A DNA stretch of 64,000 bases, taken from assembly GCA_904381335.1 (NCBI GenBank), contig CAJFIN010000002.1:34147-98146 (forward strand), read 5' to 3'. The DNA is from Candidatus Neoanaerotignum galli (lineage in GTDB: Bacteria > Bacillota > Clostridia > Lachnospirales > Anaerotignaceae). The notes under the pieces are model-generated. The model saw nothing but the letters and a program-made list of their open reading frames with translations, ran no database searches and was not told where the DNA came from. Shown in pieces: positions 38,951-49,336 of this stretch. The stretch's first letter is position 1. The number at the start of each line of letters is the position of its first letter. The translations under genes were made by a program, and so were the position numbers.

Positions 38951-39519
38951 TTCTCATCCACCCCTTTTTGTAACCCTGGCAGCACCAAGCCCAGCGCTGC
39001 GCCAAGCAGCACCACCGCAATGGGAGAAATGGGTAAAAACAGACTGCATACAAACGCAATCACCGCCACAATGGCCCCTAACTTATTTTTCACCGTATCA
39101 TGCCACATTTTAATGACAGTATTGACCACCATCGCTGCTACTGCCACTCGGATCCCCGCAAAAGCATGTTGTACCCAAATATTTTCTGCAAACGTGGTCA
39201 AAATGCCTGCAATGATGCTAATAATCACAAAACTAGGGAATACCACACCCAGTGTAGCAAGGCTCCCGCCTAAAACCCCGGCTTGACGATATCCAATAAA
39301 CGTGGCAGTATTGACAGCAATAATCCCCGGCGTACATTGTCCAATGGCATAATAGTCCAGCAATTCTTCTTCTGTCGCCCAATGATGCTTATTCACTACT
39401 TCTAACTGCAGCATTGGCAACATTGCCAGCCCCCCGCCAAAGGTGCAAACCCCAATTCGTGCAAAGGTCCAAAATAAATCCCACAATATACGCATTCTCT
39501 CACCATCCTCGTTCGTCAT
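38947..39519 (-). CDS. chrA: Chromate transporter (CHR family, short-chain half)
   Basis: The 190-aa product has [17 protein letters not shown]...[10 protein letters not shown]. It overlaps the prfA stop and the next chrA start, both as ATGA. Confidence 0.8.
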   Translation of the reverse strand: MTNEDGERMRILWDLFWTFARIGVCTFGGGLAMLPMLQLEVVNKHHWATEEELLDYYAIGQCTPGIIAVNTATFIGYRQAGVLGGSLATLGVVFPSFVIISIIAGILTTFAENIWVQHAFAGIRVAVAAMVVNTVIKMWHDTVKNKLGAIVAVIAFVCSLFLPISPIAVVLLGAALGLVLPGLQKGVDEK

Positions 39520-40589
39520 TGCTCCTGCTGCTGTAGTTTTTTCGCCTGATCTTCTGTAATCAACGCCTCAATGATCTCCCCTAAATCGCCATTGAGCACA
39601 TCATCCAGCCGATGGATGGTCAGACCAATCCGGTGATCTGTCACGCGCCCTTGGGGAAAATTATACGTCCGGATACGTTCACTGCGGTCTCCTGTGCCCA
39701 CCTGGGACCGCCGCTCAGCGGAAATTTCACTATCATGCTTTGCCCGTTCCAGTTCGTATAGCCGAGCATATAAGACTTTTAAACCTTTTTCCTTATTTTT
39801 TAGTTGGCTTTTTTCATCCTGGCAGCTGACCACAAGCCCTGTGGGAATATGGGTAATCCGAACGGCAGAATCTGTGGTATTGACGCACTGGCCGCCATTA
39901 CCTGAAGCGCGAAATACATCAATGCGCAAATCGTTTTTATCAATTTTTACATCTACCTCTTCTGCCTCTGGCAATACCGCCACCGTCACGGTGGAAGTAT
40001 GGATCCGACCGCCGCTTTCCGTTGTAGGAATCCGCTGCACCCGGTGCACGCCGCTTTCATATTTCAGCCGGCTATACGCTCCTTGGCCGCAGATCATAAA
40101 ATCCACTTCCTTAAATCCGCCCAAATCACTTTCACTGGAAGTCATCAGTTCGGTTTTCCAATGCTGTTTTTCCGCATACCGGGCGTACATTCGATAAAGA
40201 TCTGCCGCAAACAACGCTGCTTCCTCCCCGCCGGCACCGCTGCGAATTTCCACAATCACATTTTTTTCATCATTCGGGTCTTTAGGCAAAAGCAGAAGCT
40301 TTAAGCGATGCAGTTCTTCCTCCTCTTTCTTTTTGCACTGCTGCCATTCTTCCTTCAAAAGCGCGCTAAAGTCTTCTTCTTTTGTTTCTTCCAGCAATTC
40401 CTCCGCCTCTTGGGCGTCTTGCTTTGCTTTTTCATAGGCCTCGTATGTCTCTGCAATCGGGCAAAGGCTATGATATTCCTTCATCCATTTTTGCCAAAGC
40501 GCCTGATCGGCAATGACTTCCGGATCATTAAGGCTCTCTGCCAACTGATCCCGTCTACGCACCAGGCCTGCAATCTTATCCAGCATCAC
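39516..40589 (-). CDS. prfA: Peptide chain release factor 1
   Basis: The GGQ motif ([19 protein letters not shown]) and the RF1-type PxT region ([15 protein letters not shown]) are present. Confidence 0.95.
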   Translation of the reverse strand: MMLDKIAGLVRRRDQLAESLNDPEVIADQALWQKWMKEYHSLCPIAETYEAYEKAKQDAQEAEELLEETKEEDFSALLKEEWQQCKKKEEEELHRLKLLLLPKDPNDEKNVIVEIRSGAGGEEAALFAADLYRMYARYAEKQHWKTELMTSSESDLGGFKEVDFMICGQGAYSRLKYESGVHRVQRIPTTESGGRIHTSTVTVAVLPEAEEVDVKIDKNDLRIDVFRASGNGGQCVNTTDSAVRITHIPTGLVVSCQDEKSQLKNKEKGLKVLYARLYELERAKHDSEISAERRSQVGTGDRSERIRTYNFPQGRVTDHRIGLTIHRLDDVLNGDLGEIIEALITEDQAKKLQQQEQ

Positions 40590-41442
40590 ATTCGATCCTT
40601 CCTATCACCACCCGGTCCCGGCCGGCCAGATCTTGCAAAACCTTGACCTGCCGAAAACCAGACCGCTCCATTTCTTCCTTTACTGCCGCTGCCTGAGAGG
40701 CGCCAATTTCCATCATCAATGCACCTTTCGGGCGTAAATACGTCCGGCTTTGGGGAATCAGCCGGCGGTAAAAATCCAATCCGTCCTGCCCGCCATCCAA
40801 CGCCAGCTGCGGCTCATAATCCCGCACTTCCGGCATCAGTTTTGCCACTTCATCGGTGGGAATATAGGGGGGATTGGCCGTAATCAGATCCATGGGTTCC
40901 TTCCCTTGCAGGGCGGTACATAAGTCCCCTACCAAAAACGCCGTCTGCTTTTCTGCTCCTAGGTTTTTTGTATTTTTCCGCGCTACAGACAGCGCTGCTT
41001 CACTGATGTCCGTACCATAACAAAACCCCACACCCTCCAGGGCCAGCGTAATGGGTATACACCCGCTGCCCGTACAAATATCTGCCATAACGCGCACCGG
41101 TTCTTCTTGATGGAACTGTAATGCCGCCTCCACCAGTATTTCTGTATCCGGGCGGGGAATCAGCACCGCCTCACTGACATAAAACGGCCGTCCCCAAAAC
41201 CAGGCATTCTCCACCAAATACTGAAGGGGCATGTGATCTTTCCGATGGGCAAGAAGGGTAAAAAACCGTTCCTCTACTTCTGGCGTCACCGGGTCCATTT
41301 CCCGCAATAGCAGCTGTTCCCGGCTAACCCCCAGCAGATACTCTAGCAAAATGCGGCTTTCCAGCGCTCCCTCTTCTATGCCCGCTTGCGCCAGCTGGAT
41401 TCGGCCTTGCTGCAGCAACCATCGGGCATTATTCTGGCTCAT
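40576..41442 (-). CDS. prmC: Release-factor glutamine N5-methyltransferase
   Basis: The SAM motif is DICTGSGCI and the NPPY motif is ANPPYIP. Confidence 0.9.
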   Translation of the reverse strand: MSQNNARWLLQQGRIQLAQAGIEEGALESRILLEYLLGVSREQLLLREMDPVTPEVEERFFTLLAHRKDHMPLQYLVENAWFWGRPFYVSEAVLIPRPDTEILVEAALQFHQEEPVRVMADICTGSGCIPITLALEGVGFCYGTDISEAALSVARKNTKNLGAEKQTAFLVGDLCTALQGKEPMDLITANPPYIPTDEVAKLMPEVRDYEPQLALDGGQDGLDFYRRLIPQSRTYLRPKGALMMEIGASQAAAVKEEMERSGFRQVKVLQDLAGRDRVVIGRIECDAG

Positions 41443-42349
41443 CCTCCAGCACTCCCTTCATCGCGGCAATGGCCGCTTCGATCTCCCGGGGGCCCGGTTC
41501 CGCCGTGGTAAGATGTTGTAGGGCAAAGCCAGGCTTACTGATGAGTTGAACAATCTTGCTTTCACTATTGCCCGCCCACATAATCACTTCATAGCTGATG
41601 CCTGCAATGATGGGCACGAGAAGCACCCGGCTAATCAAGCGGATCAAAAAACTATCTGTTTGCACAAAAAAGAACACAACCATACTTATGAGCATCACAT
41701 AGATCAAAAAGCTGGTGCCACAGCGTTTATGCAGCCGCGTGTATTTTTTTACATTTTCCACCGTCAGTTCTTCCTCATGCTCAAAGCAGTTGATGGTTTT
41801 ATGCTCTGCCCCATGGAAGCGAAACACTTTTTGAATCTCCTCCATACGGCTAATCAAATAAATATAGGTGAGAAAAATGGCAATACGCACAATGCCCTCT
41901 ACAATGCCCAGGGCCCAGTTGCCCGGTAAGATCGGCTTAAACAGCCCACCCACAAACACCGGCAAAATAAAAAACAACGCGATGGAAAAAACCAGGCTCA
42001 CTGCCACACTGACATAAATCAGATAGTCCGCCAGTTTATCGCCAAATTTTTTTTCTAAAAATTGCTCAAACTTACTGGGAGGCACTGTTTCTTCCTCATC
42101 TTCCAGGCCAGCTAACTGGGCGGAACGCATAATAATCTGAACCCCCAACACCATAGAAGACAAAAAAGAGGCAATACCCCGAAAAATAGGCAGGCGAAAG
42201 AGGGGATGTTGATACAAAGTGCCAGTCAGCGGCGTTTTTTCCACTGTCAATTTTTTTTCGGGAGTCCACACAGCCAGGGCATACATCTGTTTCCCCCGCA
42301 TCATCACTCCTTCAATAACGGCCTGCCCGCCGATTTTAGTTCGTTTCAT
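41429..42349 (-). CDS. DUF1385-domain membrane protein
   Basis: The N-terminus reads GGQAVIEGVMMRG and the core contains FHGAEHKTINCFE, the DUF1385 pattern. The gene overlaps prmC by 14 nt. Confidence 0.75.
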   Translation of the reverse strand: MKRTKIGGQAVIEGVMMRGKQMYALAVWTPEKKLTVEKTPLTGTLYQHPLFRLPIFRGIASFLSSMVLGVQIIMRSAQLAGLEDEEETVPPSKFEQFLEKKFGDKLADYLIYVSVAVSLVFSIALFFILPVFVGGLFKPILPGNWALGIVEGIVRIAIFLTYIYLISRMEEIQKVFRFHGAEHKTINCFEHEEELTVENVKKYTRLHKRCGTSFLIYVMLISMVVFFFVQTDSFLIRLISRVLLVPIIAGISYEVIMWAGNSESKIVQLISKPGFALQHLTTAEPGPREIEAAIAAMKGVLEDEPE

Positions 42350-42394
42350 AATGCTGATCTCCTACTCTATTGATCTTTTCCGAAAATAGATACG

Positions 42395-42440
42395 AAAAAA
42401 ACAAAAAAGGGTTGGTCAACGAAACCGTAACCCAACCCTT
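42395..42440 (-). terminator. Terminator after rpmE
   Basis: The stem GGGTTGG/CCAACCC is followed by a long T-run on the minus strand. Confidence 0.7.
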
Positions 42441-42453
42441 CCCGTGGTATGTC

Positions 42454-42657
42454 TTATTTTCTGCCGTATTTTTTGTTGAATTTTTCTACGCGGCCACCGG
42501 CTTCTACCAGAAGTTTCTGGCTGCCCGTGTAGAAAGGATGACACTTGGAGCAAACTTCCACGCGGATTTCTTCTTTCGTAGAGCCTGTTACAAATTCATT
42601 GCCACAGTTGCATCTTACCTTGCACTGATAGTACTCGGGATGGATTCCTTCTTTCAT
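42454..42657 (-). CDS. rpmE: 50S ribosomal protein L31 (Zn-binding type A)
   Basis: The product reads [10 protein letters not shown]...CNCG...[10 protein letters not shown]. Confidence 0.95.
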   Translation of the reverse strand: MKEGIHPEYYQCKVRCNCGNEFVTGSTKEEIRVEVCSKCHPFYTGSQKLLVEAGGRVEKFNKKYGRK

Positions 42658-42737
42658 GTTTTCACCTCATTCAAATATTTGTTGATCAATAATCCACGAA
42701 CAATTATTTATAGACAACGCATATATTGTATCACATC

Positions 42738-44084
42738 TCATTTTCCATTGCAAGCAAAAGTGAGGGAATTTTTATATCGTTTTCCGGTGCCAATGCGAGG
42801 CGCCAAGGCAACGAAGGCTACGTTATCGTCCGTGCGGCCCAGCAAAGAAAACAGTTCTCCAGCGCTATCGGCCAAAGCATTTTCTTTCCATAGCTGCCGA
42901 TACAAAAATGCGGCTTCCTGTTCTGAAGCAGTCAAAAGCAGATCATCCCGTCTGGTCCCGCTTTTTTCTATATCAATGGCAGGAAAGATTCTTTTTTCTG
43001 CCAGCTTTCGCTCCAGCACCAGCTCCATGTTTCCAGTGCCCTTAAATTCCTCAAAGACCACATCGTCCATTTTACTGCCCGTTTCCACCAAAGCCGTAGC
43101 CAGAATGGTCAGGCTGCCGCCGTTTTCGATATTTCTGGCGGCGCCAAAAAACTTTTTCGGCATATACAGGGCTGCCGGGTCTAACCCCCCAGATAATGTC
43201 CGGCCGCTGGGGATAGTAATCAGGTTATACGCCCGGGCCAGACGTGTAATGGAATCCAGCAGAATCACCAGATCCTTTCCCTGCTCCACCAAGCGTTTGG
43301 CTCGTTCGAGCACCATTTCCGCCACTTTTTTATGATGCTCTGGCTGTTCATCAAATGTGGAATAAACAATTTCCACCTTATCTCCCACAATGGACCGCTG
43401 GATATCGGTCACTTCTTCTGGCCGTTCATCAATCAGCAGCACCAGCAAATATACATCCGGATGATTTTGCACAATGGCATTGGCTAACTGTTTCAGCAAC
43501 GTTGTCTTTCCCACTTTCGGCGGTGAAACAATCATGCCCCGCTGGCCTTTGCCGATGGGGCAAAATAAGTCGATGATCCGGGCGGCAATCTGCTGAGGGG
43601 TAGTTTCTAGCTTTAGTTTTTCTTCCGGGTAGATGGGCGTCAAACACTCAAAGGGAACGCGAAACCGGCATTTTTCTGGCGCATCCCCATTGACACTTTT
43701 CACCTGAAGCATTGCCTCAAACTTTTCCCCCTCTCGGGCAGGGCGGATGCTGCCCCGGACACAATCCCCGGTTTTTAACTCAAAGCGTTTGATCTGGGAT
43801 GGAGCAATATAGATATCCTCTGCTCCGGGCAGAAAATTTTCCGTTCGCAAAAAGCCGTATCCATCGGCCATCACTTCTAAAATGCCTTCCCGCAGCAACT
43901 CCCGTCCTTGTGCATCCCGCACCACCGGGCAAGGCGGCATTTCTTCCTCCGCCTTCGCCGCCAGTGCCTGGCGTACCCGTTCTGCTAACTCCGTCTTATT
44001 GCAACCCGAAATTCCCTTTAAGCCCAGGTCTTTTGCCTGCCGGCGCAAGCTCGCCAGCGTTTCCCTTTTCTCTTGTTCCGGCAT
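42738..44084 (-). CDS. rho: Transcription termination factor Rho
   Basis: The product has a Rho_N region, an RNA-binding cold-shock-like region (GYGFLR) and Walker A PPKVGKTTLL. Confidence 0.95.
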   Translation of the reverse strand: MPEQEKRETLASLRRQAKDLGLKGISGCNKTELAERVRQALAAKAEEEMPPCPVVRDAQGRELLREGILEVMADGYGFLRTENFLPGAEDIYIAPSQIKRFELKTGDCVRGSIRPAREGEKFEAMLQVKSVNGDAPEKCRFRVPFECLTPIYPEEKLKLETTPQQIAARIIDLFCPIGKGQRGMIVSPPKVGKTTLLKQLANAIVQNHPDVYLLVLLIDERPEEVTDIQRSIVGDKVEIVYSTFDEQPEHHKKVAEMVLERAKRLVEQGKDLVILLDSITRLARAYNLITIPSGRTLSGGLDPAALYMPKKFFGAARNIENGGSLTILATALVETGSKMDDVVFEEFKGTGNMELVLERKLAEKRIFPAIDIEKSGTRRDDLLLTASEQEAAFLYRQLWKENALADSAGELFSLLGRTDDNVAFVALAPRIGTGKRYKNSLTFACNGK

Positions 44085-44104
44085 GATGACTCTCCCTTCT
44101 GGCC

Positions 44105-45472
44105 TTACCGTGGGATGGTCAACACTTGTCCGGGCTGGAGATAATCCGACTCCGTCAGGCCATTCGCATCCAAAATCCGCTGATACTCAGCGCCATTACC
44201 ATAGACTTGTTCTGCAATAGACCAAATCACATCGCCTTCCTGCACCGTATAGGTATCTGCTGTAGCAGCGCTGCCATCTCCGGCTGCGCCTTCTCCTGTT
44301 GTGCCATCACCGCTTGCCCCATCGCCTGGTGTTTCAGTGCCTTCGGTTGCTTCACCAGTACCCGAGGTGCCGCCACCCAGTTGTTCTTCTAAGGCCACAA
44401 TCTGCAGTTTCAAGTCTTCATTCTCTTGTTGTACGGCCTGTAAATCCGCCAATTGCTGCGTAGCTTCTGTCAATTGGGAAGAAACAGAGGCGCTTCTTAC
44501 CAGCAGTACCACCACAACCACAGCCAACGCAATGGTAATCACTAGGCTGATCACCCGGCCCAGTGGGCGTTCTTCTTCCTCATATTCATAGTCGTTCTGA
44601 TTTTCCCGCGTAAAGGTATCCAGCACCCGCTGACGGTCCTCTTCCGAATGAATGGAAAAATCGTCTTCCTCCCGATAATGTTTCGCTGGCTTTGGCCGGT
44701 CTTGTGAGGCAGCATGTTTTGGCACAGCCTCCTGTGGGGAGGGACGGCGCTCCGGCTTTGGCTGGGGCGCATTTTCCATCCGAATCTCCCGAGGCGCCTG
44801 CTGATTCGTCTCAGAAGCAGCCTGTTCTGTGGGCATGGGACGGCCTGGCCGAGGTTTTTGACGGACCAGGCGCACGGGTTCTTCCTCTTCTTCCTCTGAC
44901 ACCCAGGGGATGTCTTCGGCAGACGTTCCCTTTCTCTCCTCATCCCGGCGCATTTTATTGGCCCGGCGCATCCGTTCTTCTTCTTCTGCCTGGCGGGCAT
45001 GTTCTGCCCGGCGAGCCATTTCTGCCTGACGGGCAATTTCTGCCTGGCGGGCAGCCCGTTCTTCTTGACGCTTTTGTTCCGCTTCCTGCATCAAGCGAGC
45101 CTGTCGTTCTGTATCATCTTCGGTATGCTCCGCCGAATGCTGGGCGGGCTGTTCTTCCTGTGTATGCCGCGCTGCCGGCCGCTCCTGCTGCTCCCCGGAA
45201 GTGGGTTCCCGGCGCTCCATACGCTCCCGTATGGATTGCGGCGGGGTATTTTCCCGCACCTCTACGCCCTGGCGCTGATTTTCTTCTATTTTTTTACGGC
45301 GGGCAATCCGGGCCATCTCATGGTTAAACTCTTCTTCATTATAATCCTTCCCTTTAATGGGATGGCTTTTCATCAGCATCTGCACCACTTCTTTGGGAAA
45401 ATTTTCATATCCCGGTGGAATATGGCTGGCGCTGTTTTCTTCCCGATCTCGATCATTTGGTTCGTTGCTCAT
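44105..45472 (-). CDS. Single-pass membrane protein: approximately 305-aa highly charged disordered N-terminus, TM, coiled coil, Gly/Thr/Glu linker, C-terminal LysM
   Basis: The TM segment is VISLVITIALAVVVVVLLV (aa 307-325). The LysM domain is YTVQEGDVIWSIAEQVYGNGAEYQRILDANGL...LTIP. The gene ends 20 nt upstream of the rho start. Confidence 0.7.
   Translation of the reverse strand: MSNEPNDRDREENSASHIPPGYENFPKEVVQMLMKSHPIKGKDYNEEEFNHEMARIARRKKIEENQRQGVEVRENTPPQSIRERMERREPTSGEQQERPAARHTQEEQPAQHSAEHTEDDTERQARLMQEAEQKRQEERAARQAEIARQAEMARRAEHARQAEEEERMRRANKMRRDEERKGTSAEDIPWVSEEEEEEPVRLVRQKPRPGRPMPTEQAASETNQQAPREIRMENAPQPKPERRPSPQEAVPKHAASQDRPKPAKHYREEDDFSIHSEEDRQRVLDTFTRENQNDYEYEEEERPLGRVISLVITIALAVVVVVLLVRSASVSSQLTEATQQLADLQAVQQENEDLKLQIVALEEQLGGGTSGTGEATEGTETPGDGASGDGTTGEGAAGDGSAATADTYTVQEGDVIWSIAEQVYGNGAEYQRILDANGLTESDYLQPGQVLTIPR
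44981..45052 (-). repeat. Four tandem 18-nt coding repeats (hexapeptide ARQAE-x) inside the LysM gene
   Basis: Amino acids 141-164 read ARQAEI ARQAEM ARRAEH ARQAEE, and the nucleotide repeat TTCTGCC-G-CG-GC is visible directly. Confidence 0.7.
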
Positions 45473-45704
45473 GGATAACCTCCTGGTTCTATTTCTACTT
45501 TTTTTACTTTTTCTTTTATTTCACGGTCTTACCATCGTCTCTATTTTATAGTGTAGAAAAAAGGATGTCAACATTCCCCCGGCGTTCTTAGGATTATTTT
45601 AAGCGAAAATTGCTTATTTTGTCCGCTGATGATCTATTTTTATTCTCAAAAATGGAAAAACGCCCGTCCTATTTTTCTAAAGGCAGGCGTTCCTCTGACT
45701 AGCA

Positions 45705-46427
45705 TTATAGGCCATCTTGGTATTCCGTTTCCAGCCGTTCTTTTCTTTGCCGCCAATCAGGCATATATCGGTCCATACGTTCATAAAACGCATCATTATG
45801 GCGCGGCTCTTTCAGATGAATCAGTTCATGAAGCATCACCTGGTCAATGCAGTCCAGATCTGCTTTCATCAACTGTAAGTTTAACGTAATTTTCCCCTCA
45901 GAAGGCTTGCAGCTGCCCCAACGAGTCTTCATATTGCGCACCCGCAGCGTAGGCCGGCAAAACCCTTCCGCCGCTGTTTTCGCCAACATCCGCTCCAGTG
46001 AGGCCAAAAAAACGGAACCGCTTTGTGCTTTCAGCCAGGCAAGATAGACTTCTTTGGCCGCTACTTCCTGCCCCGCTGTAAGATAAAGCACTAGTTCGCC
46101 CTGCTCTTTTTGGCTGTCATCCATGCCCAAAGGTCCCTCAGCCAAATGAAGGCGATACCCCTGGCCCAGTACGTATACCGTCATCCCCTCATGGAGGTGT
46201 CCATCCGGACGAAGATGGCTTTCCCGCTCCATTTCCGCCAGATGGCGAATGAGCCATTCCGCCTTTTTTTCCACAAAGGCGTCAATTTGAGCCACTTCCA
46301 CCCGCCGCGGCGCAGAAACGCAAATTCGTCCATCGGGATGGAGGCGGATATTCAAATTTTTTACGGCTTTGCGCTCCAGTTCATACTCAATCCGAATGCC
46401 ACAATAGCGGATGGCATGGCGGGTCAT
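45705..46427 (-). CDS. YgjP-like (DUF45 / M48-family) zinc metallohydrolase
   Basis: The motifs are RWGSC and the HExxH motif MLHELIHLKEPRH. Confidence 0.8.
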   Translation of the reverse strand: MTRHAIRYCGIRIEYELERKAVKNLNIRLHPDGRICVSAPRRVEVAQIDAFVEKKAEWLIRHLAEMERESHLRPDGHLHEGMTVYVLGQGYRLHLAEGPLGMDDSQKEQGELVLYLTAGQEVAAKEVYLAWLKAQSGSVFLASLERMLAKTAAEGFCRPTLRVRNMKTRWGSCKPSEGKITLNLQLMKADLDCIDQVMLHELIHLKEPRHNDAFYERMDRYMPDWRQRKERLETEYQDGL

Positions 46428-49336
46428 TGGGTTTCGCCGCCTTTCCGGGGCAACGTCAATGTCCGCACCTGATCAAAGAAATCTGCTGCTTCTGATGTCA
46501 ACGCTGCCGAACCAAAAGTACACCGGCTTTCATCCCGATGCGTCTCTGCCATCCATTTAGCATAGGCTTGCAGATCCGCAGCCGTCAACGAGAGCATTTC
46601 CTGCCGTTCCTGTTGGAGCATTTCAGCCGTCACACCGGCAAAATAGCGGCTCAAGGCCAGAGAAAACCGATCGCTGAAGCTCTTTGGCCGATCCAGCACA
46701 TTCACTGCGCCTAAAATATATTTTGTTAAATCTGCACCGCTTTGGGAAAAGGCACGCAAAAAGGCTGCTCCGCCCTCAAATGCTCTATAGGTGGCCTTCA
46801 GATTCGGGTCTCGATAAGAGTAAAAGGATAAATACCCCCGGCGATTGACATTCATCCCACAGCCATAAGCGCCGCCTTTGACTCGCACTTCGTTCCAAAG
46901 ATATTCTGTGTTGATCAGATTTTTTACTACATTCCAGCCGCCCTGATGCCCAGGAGCGTTAAAATGCCCCACCGAAGCATTATACACAATTTTTGCCCCT
47001 GTAGTCACCGCCTCTGCGCGGATATCTTCTTTGGCCAGTGTCACTGTCCCCTGCAAAGCTTTCCCAGCAGGCAGCTGCCGCTGCAAATGGAGCAGCTGTT
47101 CCTTTACCACAGGCAAATCTTCCGCGTCTGTGCTGAAAGCCAGGTGTACATTCTCACGCACCAACACCCGTTTCGCCAACACCCGCAGCCGCTCCATCAG
47201 CGCCGGCAGATCCTCCATCCGTCTTTGGAGGGCGTCAAAAAAGCTTAATCCCTCCAATCGATCCCGCAGCGCACTTTCCCCATCCACCAGGGCCGCCGCC
47301 CGCTGAATGGCCGCCGCATGGCCATCGTTATCGTAAAACCGGTCAAAATCAGCCTTCCATTCCAGTAAAATCTTTCGCAGGCTCTCTACCTGCAGCACTG
47401 TATGCAGCAAAATTTCCTGGCTCAGCTCCATGGTCTCTTCCAAATTGCGCACTAGCGCCCGGCACTGAAAAACAAGCACCGGCCGGCCCGTATCCCCCTG
47501 AGGCAGCACCCCGGCTCTGGCAGAAATGCCCCCGGTGGCCAGATCGATAGCAATGGGCAATGTATCATAACGGTACTGCCGGGTATCCATCCGCCCCAAT
47601 ATCCGGGCCAAAATGGCAGCATCCGCCAGCTCTGCCTCGGAAAGGCCAGCTAAAGAAAAATACAGTCGGGCATAGAAAATACCATTGGTCTGCTGGGGCA
47701 GGCAAAGCACCCCATCCTCCTGACAAATATCCCGTTCCCGATGCATCGGGTCGATATCCTCTCGCTTTAAACAGGGCACTTTGGCAATATCTTCTGGCCG
47801 GTCTGACTGGGATTGCCAAGCCAGCAGCGCCTGCGTATCCGCCACCAGCTGTTGCCGCTGCTGTTGGGTCATGGCTGTCCGCTGCGCTTCAAGTGCTGCT
47901 TTTTCCTCCTCCTCTGCCCGTTCTTCCTTCCCTTCTTGAGGATCAGCAGCGGTAAGGGTATAAAATTCATTCTCCAAAAACACTTCCCGCACCAGCTGCT
48001 CAAAGTAGCCCGTTTCTACCCCTTCCTGCAGGGCATCAAAATAGGTCCAAATCTTCATCGCTTCAATCGGGTCACCGCCATTAAGCCAGCTTTTCATCAT
48101 ATCCATGCCATAGGCTAAGCCCTTTGGACGATACCCATAATCTTCTTCCCGCAGGGAAAACTCATAGGAATGAATGGCTGAGCGCAGCTGTTCTTTCAAA
48201 AACCCATGCTCTGCCAATTGACGCAGCGCATCAAACACCGTTTGTCCGAACGCTTCCAGTTGATCGGCTTGGGCATCCTTCACCACGAAGCTAAATACCA
48301 TTTGCCCTGTCGAAGAATCCAGCCACGCCTCTCCGCTTTGCCCAATCCCGCGGGAAAGCAACGCCTGCTTCACTGGCGAAGCCCCGGTTTCCATCAATAC
48401 ATAGCTTAAAATCACCAGCGCAAATAGCCGCTGGCGGTCAGTGGGGCTGCCTACCATAAAGTTCAGCGAAAGCAAACTTTGCCCTGCCGCTTCTGTTCCT
48501 AAGGGCACAGAATACGTCCCCCGGCGTACCTTTTGGCGGGGAGGTATCGTTTGATATTGGATTTGGGCCGGGGCGGCATTGTCTTCCCATGCGCCCAAAT
48601 ATTCCCGATCTAAATAGCTCAGCCGTTCGTCAATATCCAAATCTCCATACAAATATATAAAACTGTTGGAAGGATGATAATACCGCTGATAAAACGCTTG
48701 AAAATTTTCATAGGTCAAGCTAGGAATCGCCTTGGGATCACCGCCGCTTTCAAAGCCATAGGTGCCTCCGGCAAACAAGCTCTGATGGATCAATCCATCC
48801 AGCACCCCCTCTGCAGAGGCCAGCGCACCCTTCATTTCATTATAGACCACCCCTTTGACAGTCATTAGTCCTTGCTGTTCCAGCAGTTCATGGTGCCAGC
48901 CTTCCTGCCAGAAGATCCTGCGATCTTTCATCACATTAGGGAAAAACACCGCATCCAGATATACATCCATTAAATGCTTAAAATCCTCCTGGTTACAACT
49001 GGCCACGGGATACATCGTCTTATCCGCATAGGTTAGCGCATTTAAATAGGTATTTAAAGATCCCTTCATCAATTCGTTAAAGGGGTCTTTCGAAGGATAT
49101 TTTTTTGATCCGCACAACACAGAATGTTCCATAATGTGGGCCGTGCCGCAGTCATCCAGCGGGGGAGTGCAAAAGGAAATGAAAAACACCTTATTTTCAT
49201 CCTTATTTGCAGCATAAAAAAGCCGCGCTCCACTTTTCTCATGTTGAAACACATAGCACAAACTGTGGATATCTGCCACTTCTTCCTTCCGAAGCACGCG
49301 AAACCCATGCACCAGCTGATTCAGTTGATATTCCAT
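46424..49336 (-). CDS. M16-family (insulinase/PreP-like, M16C) zinc metallopeptidase
   Basis: The product is about 970 aa with the inverted zinc motif HIMEHSV (HxxEH). I chose the ATG at 49336 because AAAGGAGA lies 7 nt upstream. Confidence 0.85.
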   Translation of the reverse strand: MEYQLNQLVHGFRVLRKEEVADIHSLCYVFQHEKSGARLFYAANKDENKVFFISFCTPPLDDCGTAHIMEHSVLCGSKKYPSKDPFNELMKGSLNTYLNALTYADKTMYPVASCNQEDFKHLMDVYLDAVFFPNVMKDRRIFWQEGWHHELLEQQGLMTVKGVVYNEMKGALASAEGVLDGLIHQSLFAGGTYGFESGGDPKAIPSLTYENFQAFYQRYYHPSNSFIYLYGDLDIDERLSYLDREYLGAWEDNAAPAQIQYQTIPPRQKVRRGTYSVPLGTEAAGQSLLSLNFMVGSPTDRQRLFALVILSYVLMETGASPVKQALLSRGIGQSGEAWLDSSTGQMVFSFVVKDAQADQLEAFGQTVFDALRQLAEHGFLKEQLRSAIHSYEFSLREEDYGYRPKGLAYGMDMMKSWLNGGDPIEAMKIWTYFDALQEGVETGYFEQLVREVFLENEFYTLTAADPQEGKEERAEEEEKAALEAQRTAMTQQQRQQLVADTQALLAWQSQSDRPEDIAKVPCLKREDIDPMHRERDICQEDGVLCLPQQTNGIFYARLYFSLAGLSEAELADAAILARILGRMDTRQYRYDTLPIAIDLATGGISARAGVLPQGDTGRPVLVFQCRALVRNLEETMELSQEILLHTVLQVESLRKILLEWKADFDRFYDNDGHAAAIQRAAALVDGESALRDRLEGLSFFDALQRRMEDLPALMERLRVLAKRVLVRENVHLAFSTDAEDLPVVKEQLLHLQRQLPAGKALQGTVTLAKEDIRAEAVTTGAKIVYNASVGHFNAPGHQGGWNVVKNLINTEYLWNEVRVKGGAYGCGMNVNRRGYLSFYSYRDPNLKATYRAFEGGAAFLRAFSQSGADLTKYILGAVNVLDRPKSFSDRFSLALSRYFAGVTAEMLQQERQEMLSLTAADLQAYAKWMAETHRDESRCTFGSAALTSEAADFFDQVRTLTLPRKGGETQ

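Noticed and set aside
42657-42738. Small inverted repeats (TTGTT...AACAA, TTGATCAA) in the rpmE leader as an L31 autoregulatory element
   Set aside because: The repeats are short and AT-rich, so they could arise by chance. The region is too small (80 nt) to judge without comparative data.
42370-43335. 321-aa ORF on the plus strand
   Set aside because: It runs antisense across the rpmE terminator, rpmE and the 3' part of rho. It would have to span two well-supported genes and an intergenic terminator.
44551-45478. Several 160-210-aa alternative-frame and antisense ORFs inside the LysM gene
   Set aside because: They are generated by the GC-rich repetitive coding sequence. Only the 455-aa frame yields a TM segment plus a LysM domain and sits correctly relative to the rho RBS.
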